NCBI RefSeq assembly: GCF_032191835.1
Contig: NC_083243.1
Location: 7,564,001 to 7,628,000, forward strand
From: Heteronotia binoei
Lineage: Eukaryota
Length of the DNA: 64,000 nt
Direction: 5' to 3'
A program made the position numbers and the translations under genes. The notes below the pieces were generated by a model. That model was given only the letters and a program-made list of their open reading frames with translations, did not search any database and was not told the DNA's origin. This document shows, piece by piece, positions 50,360 to 60,045 of this stretch. Numbering within the stretch: the stretch's first letter is position 1; each line of letters begins with the position of its first letter.

Positions 50360-51730
50360 TCTTTCCTGCCTCTAAAGGGAGAGCAACTAGCTAGTTTAGC
50401 TCCTAGAAGATAGGAAGCAATTTTAATCCTGTTCTTTATTCCTAATCTAATTCTTCCTTTTTTCCCAACCTTACTCCTCTGTCTAACAATCTTCTTAAGT
50501 TCCAGTCTGTTACACTGAGCTACTTTCACTTTCCATGTGCCTTCACACCTTCACTGTAGTTGGGAGAGCGGCGCGGCTTCTTTTAAAGCGGCTGACTTTT
50601 TTTTTCTCCTTGCCTTCACTTGCGGAGCGCGGCGAAGAGCAGCGGATGGAAAATTTCAGGGACGGGTTCCTAGAAGACGCATCCTCCGTAAGTCCTCGCA
50701 CTGAGGCTGTGGGAGTGGACCCCGGGACCAGCATGTCTTCCCAGCTTGCTGCGGTTCCCGGGCAACGTTGCCCGTTTTAGTGACTTTAGTCACCGCGGGC
50801 TGAAACGTCCAGGGGCTTCAGCGGAAGGGCTTGAAGTTCCTCCCCACCAGAGGCTCGTATCTGACGGCAGCCATTTTGAAGGAGGATTTTTGGCGCGCGT
50901 TTCGCCAGACAGGCGCCAGGAGCCTTATTGCTTTGCCCCTTGGGACGGTTACCAATCTCCCAGCGGGAGACAATACAGGAGGCCAACCCCTATCGGATCA
51001 CACCTCCACGGTCGACCCAGCCCTAATACAACAAAGTGGTAATGCACTGTACCCTAAAGGGCCATTTTCTATTGAATTTATGACTGTGCTCCAGCAAACA
51101 ATTAGAGCAGAAATATTTAATGCCTGTCAATCAGGGGCTATGGGCACGGGATCAGTGGGATCCAGATCTCCTTCCCCTCCTTCCTCCTCAAGGCGCCCAG
51201 AGAAAAATCTTTCCAGAGAGCACAGCTGGCCAACTAAGGGTAGCCAGAAAAGAGATCTCTAACTCTAGATAGTTAGAGGAAGATGCAGAGGAGAATCAGT
51301 CAGATGCGGAGTAACAATCCAAAGATCAAGAGAGTTTTATTTCAGATGAGGAGGTGGAGGATGTCTGTGTCCCAGAGCAGTCAGTTCGCTGCTTTTAAAG
51401 CTGGCAGCACTGGCGTTTCAAGATTCTGCCCCTGGGGAGGAGAATCCCAGTACCGATACCAATCCCAGGATAAAACTACTGGGGATAGGAAGTTTTTCCC
51501 AGGCTCACACACCACTACCAAGGTTTTCCCTTTTCCACAATTCTTTGAGAGACAATTAAAAGCTGAATGGGGGAAAACCTAACTCTAATCGGCAGTTTCC
51601 TGCCTTTGTAAAAAAGTTATATGATTTGCCTGTTTTTGCAAACAAAATGTTGCAGGTTCCAGTAGTGGACGCACCAGTGACGGCTCTTCAAAATTCGGGT
51701 TTGGTGTCAGAAGACGGGCACGGTTCCATT

Positions 51731-51995
51731 AGAGAGCCAGTTTGGTGTAGTGGTTAAGTGAGCGGACTCTTATCTGGGAGAGCCGGGTTTTGATTCCCCA
51801 CTCCTCCACTTGCACCTGCTGGAATGGCCTTGGGTCAGCCATAGCACTGGCAGAGGTTGTCCTTGAAAGGGCAGCTGCTGTGAGAGCCCTCTCCAGCCCC
51901 ACCCACCTCACAAGGTGTCTGTTGTGGGGGAGGAAGGTAAAGGAGTTTGTGAGCCGCTCTGAGGACTCTTCGGAGTGGAGGGCGGGATATAAATC
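51731..51995 (+). mobile_element. Squam3-like SINE inserted into DIRS gag; tail runs into an assembly gap
   Basis: agagagccagtttggtgtagtggttaag begins right after gag codons GSI; gag resumes at 52319. Confidence 0.85.
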
Positions 51996-52318
51996 NNNNN
52001 NNNNNNNNNNNNNNNNNNNNNNNNNNNNNNNNNNNNNNNNNNNNNNNNNNNNNNNNNNNNNNNNNNNNNNNNNNNNNNNNNNNNNNNNNNNNNNNNNNNN
52101 NNNNNNNNNNNNNNNNNNNNNNNNNNNNNNNNNNNNNNNNNNNNNNNNNNNNNNNNNNNNNNNNNNNNNNNNNNNNNNNNNNNNNNNNNNNNNNNNNNNN
52201 NNNNNNNNNNNNNNNNNNNNNNNNNNNNNNNNNNNNNNNNNNNNNNNNNNNNNNNNNNNNNNNNNNNNNNNNNNNNNNNNNNNNNNNNNNNNNNNNNNNN
52301 NNNNNNNNNNNNNNNNNN
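51996..52318. other. Assembly gap (323 N) covering the SINE tail / gag junction
   Basis: N run. Confidence 1.
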
Positions 52319-52922
52319 ATTGACCTAGCCCTAAAAAGATCACACGAGGCGGTAACTATGGCAATTAAGGCATGTACTGCATCGTCTATTGTATCTAGAG
52401 CAGCCATAGTCTGGGCTAGGAGACTCTCTCAATTGCTACCAGAAAATAATAAGAAATTAATGGAGGGAACCACCAGACTCCTTAAAGCAGCAGAGTTCAC
52501 GGCCGACGCTTCTCTAGATGTCCTCACCTTCTGTTCCAGAGGACTGGCGTCAGGGGCAGTAGCCAGAAGAGGCATCTGGCTTAGAGCATGGCCTGCAGAC
52601 AACCATTCCAAACAAATCGTGATATCGTATCTGTTTCAAGGAGAAAAGCTCTTTGGTAGTGCCTTAGATAAGATCTTAGTGGAAACCAAAGATAAAAAGA
52701 AAGCCATGCCAAGGAACATTCGCAGAACTGACAGAAGAAGCTTCTATTCTCAGTCCTTTCGTTCCTCACACACATTGGCCAGATCAAGATCCTATGCAGA
52801 TAACAAGAGATCATCCTGGAACCAACCAAGACAACCCTTCAGAAAAGGGTTCAATAATCCTAGATTCAACAAGCAGAATTCGGAGCATAGAGACAAGCAG
52901 GACCGGGAGCCAGAATTCAACA

Positions 52923-54777
52923 AGGCATGACTGGACTTCAACTCCGGTAGGGGGAAGACTTCAATATTTTCAAGACGCTTGGGAGGCTTCCCAAACAGAT
53001 TGCTGGACATTAGAAATCATGTCATGCGGGTATGCAGTAGAATTCAAAAACATTCCACCAGAATGTTTTCTGGTGTCCCCGATCCGGAAGAACACTACAA
53101 AAATATCTATAATGAACAAGGCCATCACACATCTCTTAGAGATCAATGCCATAGAACACATTCCAGCAGATCAGAGGGGTTGAGGCGTTTATTCAGTATT
53201 CTTCACGGTTCCCAAGAAAAACGGGTACTGGAGAGCAATACTCGATCTAAAGTTTCTCAACAGATTCATTCATCTACGACACTTTCGTATGGAGACCCTG
53301 GAGTCAATCACAGAGGTCTTACAACCAGGAGAGTTCCTCATCTCACTGGATCTCACGGAAGCTTATTTGCACATTCTGATCCAGCTATCTCATCACCAGT
53401 TCCTTCGGTTCTGTGTGGGGAATAGACACTTTCAATTCAGAGCGCTTCCCTTCGGTCTAGCCACGGCCCCCAGGGTATTCACGAAGGTGATGGTAACTGT
53501 TGTGGCACATCTCAGACAACAGGGGATACACATTCATCCATACCTAAACGACCTTCTGATCAGATCAGTGTCTACAGGAACATGGCTTTCTTATAAATAT
53601 AGCCAAGAGCTCTCTAGAACCAACACAAAGGTTGGAACACTTAGGGATGATTATAGCTACACGAAAGAACTCTATCTTTCTTCCGAACAACAAGATACAG
53701 AAAACCAAGCAACTTGTGAATTTAGTCATTCGGAACACTCACACTCCATTATTGACTTTAGCCAAATTGATGGGTTTGCTCATCTCAAACATAGATGCAG
53801 TTCAGTGGGGCAGATTACATATGAGACTGTTACAAAGGTTAATCCGCCCTCACCAGTACCAGATCATGACAAAACAGAATCCACAGATCAAGGTCACATT
53901 AGAGGTCAAGAAATTTCTGATGTGGTGGTCCAGGGATTCCAGTCTGTGACAAGGGAGAGTTTACTATCTTCCCAGAGAGATATAGCTGTTCCCAGATGCC
54001 ACTCTGTCAGGTTGGGGAGCAACGCTCGACAACATACCAACGCAGGGTCGATGGTTACCATCAGAAACCCAACTGCCGATCAATGTATTGGAACTATGAG
54101 CAATACGCCTAGCCCTATTATTCTTCACCGATCAGGTACAGAAACAGCACGTACTAAGTAAGAACAGACAATGTGGCTGCAAAGTCCTGCCTGAACCATC
54201 AGGGGGGCTCGAGGTCGTCAGCTCTGTCCAGGGAAGCAAAGACATTATTCAACTGGGCAGAACACCACCTTCTTTCCATCAGGGCAAAACACATCAAGGG
54301 CATTGCCAATGTTCAAGCAGATTGGCTCAGCCGAACAACCATACAACCAGGGGAATGGAGATTAAAGACGTCAATATTCCAGCAGATAGTCGAACAGTTT
54401 GGTCAACCTATAATGGACCTGTTTGCTTCTCACGACAACTACCAGGTAACAACCTTTGCACCAGATTTTTTCACCTGGCTGTGGCAGCGGTGGATGCACT
54501 GACAGTGAGTTGGCCTCAGGGCCTACTGTATGCCTTTCCCCCAATTCCGGTGTTATCAAGGTTTCTTCAACAGGTACAACATCAGAAAGCACAGGTCATA
54601 TTAGTAGCCCCGTGGTGGCCATGATGCCCATGGTTCTCATCTATCCAAAGGCTATCAACCACTCAACCTCTCCAGCTAGAAATTGTTCCACACATGTTGA
54701 CGCAGGGTCCAATTTGGCATCCACATCCAGATTGGCTGCAATTGGCCATGTAGAAATTGAACGGTCTACATTCCTGA
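52923..54777 (+). pseudogene. DIRS pol: reverse transcriptase, RNase H and methyltransferase-like domain, inactivated
   Basis: PVGGRLQYF, WRAILDLKFLN, LDLTEAYLHI, LPFGLATAPRVFTK, YLND (53541-53552, from YLDD); RNase H PDATLSGWGA / INVLEL / RTDN / ADWLSR; MT-like DLFAS..YAFPP. Stops at 53181, 53947, 53983, 54097, 54622, 54751; frameshifts near 53577, 54160, 54450. Confidence 0.9.
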
Positions 54778-54812
54778 AGTTAGGTTATTCTTAAGAGATC
54801 ACTGACACATTA

Positions 54813-55787
54813 TTGGCCTCCAGAAAGAAGTTCACCATTAGAATTTACAATACCACTTGGAAAGCTTTTCATAGGTGGTGTTGCAGAAAAGCAAAAGATC
54901 CACTAAGTCCATCAATTCAAGACATATTGGAATTCCTACATGATGGATTACAATCTGGACTGAAACCAGCCACCTTACGGAGACAGGTAGCAGTACTATC
55001 TTCCATATTGGGACTGATACAAGGTAAAGATTCCTCCAAGCATGCACATGTACAGAGGTTCTTAAGGGGAGCCACCCTCAAGTGCCCTCCACAGACTCAT
55101 AGGTTTCCGACATGGCGTCTATACACTGTCTTGTCCGCACTCACTAAAACACCCTTTGAGCCTATTCAAGGCATTTCTCTAAGATGGTTACGCTTAAAGA
55201 CAATCTTCTTAATAGTGATCGCTTCAGCAAGAAGGGTGTCGGAGATCAATGCACTGTCTGTAAAGAAAGAACTTTGTATTTTTCACAAAGACAAAGTAGT
55301 TCTTCGTACAGATACTACTTTTCAACCCAAGATTGTGTCAAAATTTCACAAGTCTCAAGAACTTCACTTGCCATCATTTTGTCCAGACTCTAAACATCCT
55401 AGGGAGCAAATGTGGCATAACTTAGATGTCAGACGCTGCCTAAAAGCATATTTAATCAGGACTGAACCAATCCGGAAAACGGATGCCATGTTCATTAACA
55501 TTGCACAACCAAGATTGGGCCAAAAGATGTCAACTTCAGCCATCAGCTATGCTATTAAACAACGTATTGCGGAAGCCTATAGAGCAATGAAATTAGAAGT
55601 ACCCAGAGGTATCACAGCACATTCAGCTAGAAGTGCTACAACTAACGTAGCCTTTAACAATTATGCTTCGGTAGGCGAGGTGTGCAGGGCCGCAACATGG
55701 TCCTCTATCTCAACATTTGTCCGACACTACAAATTAAACTCCTACACTTCAGCAGAAGCAGAAAGGTTTTACAACATGTGGTCCTAG
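54813..55787 (+). CDS. DIRS tyrosine recombinase ORF (324 codons from TTG), catalytic motifs present
   Basis: Core-binding region TWKAFHRWC..LKPATLRRQVAVL; SARRVSEI (Arg 55233), HSARS (His 55620, Arg 55629), ATWSSISTFVRHY (Tyr 55728). No ATG start; probable frameshift in the last ~10 codons. Confidence 0.85.
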   Translation: MASRKKFTIRIYNTTWKAFHRWCCRKAKDPLSPSIQDILEFLHDGLQSGLKPATLRRQVAVLSSILGLIQGKDSSKHAHVQRFLRGATLKCPPQTHRFPTWRLYTVLSALTKTPFEPIQGISLRWLRLKTIFLIVIASARRVSEINALSVKKELCIFHKDKVVLRTDTTFQPKIVSKFHKSQELHLPSFCPDSKHPREQMWHNLDVRRCLKAYLIRTEPIRKTDAMFINIAQPRLGQKMSTSAISYAIKQRIAEAYRAMKLEVPRGITAHSARSATTNVAFNNYASVGEVCRAATWSSISTFVRHYKLNSYTSAEAERFYNMWS

Positions 55788-55834
55788 AAGAGAGCGATGC
55801 CCCACCCAGTCATTAATTTACTGCTATAGGAGAT

Positions 55835-55922
55835 CCCAAGATGGCCTCCGACTCAGAGGGAGAACGACCATTGGTACTTACCGTGAGGAGTCATTCTCCT
55901 CTGAGTACAGGAGGATATCTTG
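55835..55922. repeat. DIRS internal complementary region (ICR)
   Basis: 55835-55864 is the exact reverse complement of 50248-50277 (30/30); 55866-55922 is the reverse complement of 56195-56251 (55/57). Confidence 0.95.
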
Positions 55923-56104
55923 CCCACCACGTTGCATCGCTCATACTAGGGTCTATTCTACTATATCTATTCCATTTTCTTCTGCTGCTCTACAGTTCTT
56001 TACAGTTCCTTATGTTATGCTTTTTGCATATTAACTGACTGTTATTACTGTTTCCTTATTGTGAGTAAGGTTGATAGTTTAGAGACTGCTTATCTGAGTA
56101 TCCC

Positions 56105-56251
56105 AACTGAGGAGATTTGGGTGCTCCAGGGTCAAGGAAGAGGAAGAAAAATTATTCTATTTCCTGCCTCCCTGACAAGATGGTGGAAAGCACCCAAGAT
56201 GTCCTCCTGTACTCAGAGGAGAATGACCCCTCACGGTAAGTACCAATGGTC
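56105..56251 (-). repeat. DIRS right inverted terminal repeat with 3' extension (56224-56251)
   Basis: Inverted copy of the left ITR followed by tgacccctcacggtaagtaccaatggtc, which has no partner in the left ITR but pairs with the ICR. Confidence 0.93.
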
Positions 56252-57408
56252 ATTTTCGTGGATGAAGTCTGTGAAATGCTTAACCTTCTGGTGGAAAAGT
56301 GAAAACAGCACACTGGTGCTTTGAAGGTTTCTTGTCTCCATCATGGTTGCTCATCATGTGGCAGCCATGTCATGTGCGTGGCTTTTCATACGGATCCAAG
56401 GAGGTAGCTGTTGGTGGGGACGACATTACTGAATGTATTCAAAACAAAGATGACCCTGAATTTAAAATGCCATCTCCTAAAAAAAGGTAGCAGTGTAAAA
56501 GTTTTGTTTTTAAAAAATCGAACCGTAAGCAGTATAAAATAGGAACACATGAAGCTGCTTTATACTGAATCAGGCCCTTGGTCGATCACTATTGCCTACT
56601 CAGACTGACAGCAACTCTCAAAGGTCTCAGACAGAATTCTTTCACGTCACCCACTGCCTGGTCCTTTCTGACTGGAGATGCCAAAGATTCAACCTGGACT
56701 TTTTGCATGCCAAGCAGATGCTGTACCACTGAGCCATGGCCTCTCCCCCAATCAATAACATATGATTGCGGGGGGGTGGGGGTGGGGAAATAATTACTTT
56801 CACTTTTCGAACCTCTTTGCGTTGTAGCACTTCAAAGGTAGGTTAGGATCGTGCGGTTTCAGATTTTTAAAAGGGACAAAACTGGCTTTGTTAACGCTCC
56901 ACCGCCAGAAACAAAAGGCTGAGATAATGACAGTCCAACTGGCAATGCAATCCTGAACAGAATTACAGCCTTCAAAATCCATTGAAATCAGTGGGCTTAG
57001 AAAGGCATAACTCCCTTGCCCATGCAGTGTTAACCCCCACACCCATGCTTTCTGTAAACTAGGAAGCCACATGTTCCCCAGGAGACTATTTTATCACCAA
57101 TCCTGCAGGGACGTCTTATCCTTCCCTGTCTAAAATGTCCACTAATTCAGTACAACTACAGCTTGTGTTGTATTAAATTGCTGTAAAACCTGCAGGTTTC
57201 GGGGAGGAGGGGTGTTATTCCTTACCTGGAATTTAAAAAGAGAGATTTGAGCTACTAGGCAACTCCGGCATGAAACACAAAAGAAATAAGTGCCAGTTTG
57301 GAGTAAAATTCTGAGCCAGGAGCATGGGTCAGTCAGTTCTAGTAGAGGAGCAATCCCATCCCTGCCATTCCCACCACTTCTTACCATTTGCCAGGCAAGG
57401 AACTTGAA

Positions 57409-58015
57409 GAACATCAGAGCATCAGAAGAGCCCTGCTGAATCAGACCAGTGAGGGTCCATCTAGTCCAGCATCCTGTCTCACACAGTGGCCATCCAGTTC
57501 CTTTGGAGGGCCTAAAACAGGGCATAGAGGCTGAGGCCTTCATAAAAACATCAGAAGAGCCCTGCTGGATCAGACCAGTGAGGGTCCATCTAGTCCAGCA
57601 TCCTGTCTCACACAGTGGCCAGCCAGTTCCTTTGGAGGGCCAACAACAGGGCAGAGAGGATGAGGCACATCACCAGAATCCTGCAGGATCAGACCAGTAG
57701 TCTACCCAGTCCAGCATCCCATCTCACACTCTGGTCAACCAGTTCCTCTGGAGGGCCAGCAGCATGGCATAGAGTCCAAGGCCTTCGTAAGAAAAGCCCC
57801 ACTAATCAGACCAGTGAGAGTCCATCTAGTCCAGCATCCTGTTTCACACAATGGCCAGTTGGTTCCTCTGGAGGGCCAGCAACATGGCATAGAGGCCGAG
57901 ACCTTTCCCTGATGTTGCCTCCTGACTCTGGGATTCCAAGAATTAATGCCTGTGAATGTGGAGGTTCCTCTCAGTCCCCAGGGCTCATAGCCATTGATAG
58001 ACAACCTCCATGAAT
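57409..58015 (-). repeat. Four tandem copies (117-129 bp) of a CR1-type 3' end
   Basis: Anchor tcagaccagt at 57441, 57570, 57689, 57806. Confidence 0.82.
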
Positions 58016-58796
58016 CATTTATTCAAGCTCATATTTGGAAGGGACCGCTGGAGTCATCTAGTCCAACCCTCTGCCAGTGCAGGAGCTATAGCTGTGATAT
58101 CCCCAACAAGTAGGTAACCAATCTGTACTTTTAAAAATCCTCAAACGGCAAAGCATCTACTGCAGTTTTCAAAGCCAGCGATTCTATATAGCTCCTCCTT
58201 TCTTTCCTGTAAACTTCTTTTGAGGCAAGCGCTAGAGCACCATCTCCATGTAATGATGGTGCTTCCAGCTTGCGCCAGAACTCCACTAAGTACCTGTTTC
58301 TCTCCCCTCACCCCCATTTTCTGCCAGCTGGAACGCAGTATACATCTGGCTGCTTTGCTGGGCACTTAGAAGAATGAATGTATGCAATGTGTGAGATGAA
58401 GGATTTGCACATACTACATGCTGGACTGCGCTCTTGATTATCTCTTCTTTGCCTTTATTTCACCTCTGTCACTTACTCCACTTTCTTTCTTTGTCTCCAC
58501 TTGTCTCCTTTCTTTCCTTCTCTGTAGGCTCTGATGTTCTTTACATCGGACCCGTGAAAGGTGAGCCTCACAAACAGAACTCCCGTGTCTCCTGTAACTT
58601 TTCTGTGGCTGCTTTTCTTTTTCTCACTAATGCATGAAACTGGAAAATTTTTATGTCACAAGACAGTCTCGGTTGCTTTGCCCCGCCTATTAGGACCTGA
58701 AGCGATTTGGACACTGTAGAAACTGCTGCCAAGGTCTGGGAGCTGAGGTTCCCAAGACTTCTTTTCTGTGAAGTAAATATTTAGAATTATTATCCA

Positions 58797-58981
58797 CAGG
58801 GCTTTTTTTTTGTAGAAGGAACATCTTTGCATATTAGGCCACACACCCCTGATGCAGCCAATCCTCCAAGAGCTTACAGTAGACCCTGTAAGAAGAGCTC
58901 TGTAAGCTTTTGGAAGATTGGCTACATCAGGGTTGTGTGGTCTAATATGCAGAGGAGTTCCTGCTATAAAAAAAAGCCCTG
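58797..58981. mobile_element. Palindromic hAT-type MITE, same family as 28190
   Basis: Perfect 8-bp TSD ATTATCCA. Confidence 0.88.
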
Positions 58982-59119
58982 ATTATCCAGTGTTATTAAA
59001 ACACACTTGGGCTGTGTGTTAGGGTTGTAGGACCCACATCAGCTCTGTAGGTGCAGGATTTCAAGTCGCCTGTGCTTGTGAGTCCTTGTTTCTTATGTAG
59101 AGCAAAGTCTGAGTCCCTT

Positions 59120-59370
59120 GGAACGTTTTAAGACCAACAAAGTTTTATTCAAGGTATAAGCTTTTGTGTGCATGCATGCTTCTTCAGATACGATGAAATG
59201 GAAATTACCAGTCCATACATATGGTAGAGGGTGGGCCATATATATGGACTTATATCTGAAGATTTTGCATGTACATGAAAGCTTATATCTTGAATGAAAT
59301 TTTGTTGGTCTTAAAGGTGCCACTGCACTCAGACTTTGTTCTGCTACTTCAAACCAACACAGCTACCCCA
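59120..59370. mobile_element. Inverted pair of Penelope-derived termini (minus motif 59154-59191, plus motif 59252-59288)
   Basis: Same family and arrangement as 6461-6725. Confidence 0.72.
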
Positions 59371-59675
59371 CCCGGTAGTTTCTTAGGTGGTAAGTGAAAT
59401 CATGGTTTTCAAATCTTCCTACCATTATGGAAAACTCATGAACGCCAGTGGTCATCTGAAAACACAAGCCCTTTCTCAAAATGTTCATGGGAATCGGGGA
59501 GTCAGAGATGAGCAATGTGAGTTGCCGCCATGAAATTTTGATATTTCTTTTCATTTTTTTGCGGTTTTCTATCAGTGTTGAATTGTTGTGCGGCCCTCTA
59601 GTAAGACCTGCTCTGTGGTGATTAATGGAAAATGCCAAACATCAACTATATGCATTTGTTCTTCTAACCAATTAG

Positions 59676-59901
59676 GGAGCATTTATTCAAGCCCAGGACT
59701 TTATAGCAAAACCATGACGCCAACTTACGATTCTCACGATGGAAGCCCTTTATCACCAACTTCAGCGTGGTTTGGAGATAGCGCTTTATCAGAAGGGAAC
59801 CCGGGTATTCTTGCCGTCAGCCAGCCAATCACCTCTCCAGAAATTCTGGCAAAAATGTATAAGCCGCAGACGCTTCTGGATAAAGCCAAGATCAACCAAG
59901 G
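59676..59901 (+). CDS. FERMT2: Kindlin-2 coding exon (equivalent to exon 5), 226 bp, phase 1-2
   Basis: (G)[74 protein letters not shown](G); ag at 59674-59675, gtaggt at 59902. Confidence 0.96.
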
Positions 59902-60045
59902 GTAGGTTTTGATGCTTTTTTAAAAAAAAAAAAGTGGTTTATATTTTTATTTATTTATTATCGCCCAAAATTTATATCCTACCTTTGATTGTCTTATAAC
60001 GACTAAGCGAGCAGCTGTTTGACATGATGTGTGAATGATTGGCAG

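Larger units (their letters stand above)
50647..52930 (+). pseudogene. DIRS gag-like ORF1, frameshifted and interrupted by a SINE and an assembly gap
   Basis: Acidic tract near 51270-51370; MLQVPVVDAPVTAL..EDGHGSIR ends at the SINE; resumes IDLALKRSHEAVTMAIKA..ARRGIWLRAWPAD..FQGEKLFGSALDKIL; stop TGA 52928-52930. The 5' start is approximate. Confidence 0.75.
50248..56251 (+). mobile_element. Full-length DIRS1-type tyrosine-recombinase retrotransposon (decayed), in FERMT2 intron 4, same orientation as the gene
   Basis: Order gag - RT - RNase H - MT-like - YR; inverted terminal repeats and an internal complementary region matching both termini; no target-site duplication. Confidence 0.95.

Noticed and set aside
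51729-52407. Long ORFs of 177-204 aa in the track
   Set aside because: Artefacts of translating the N gap
53289-54161. 290-aa ORF as an intact reverse transcriptase
   Set aside because: It is a frameshift chimera: RT up to about 53577 (with YLND), then the overlapping frame; the element cannot be autonomous
59655-59675. U12-type intron suggested by ttctaac close to the exon 5 acceptor
   Set aside because: The donor is GTAGGA, not GTATCCTT, so the intron is U2-type
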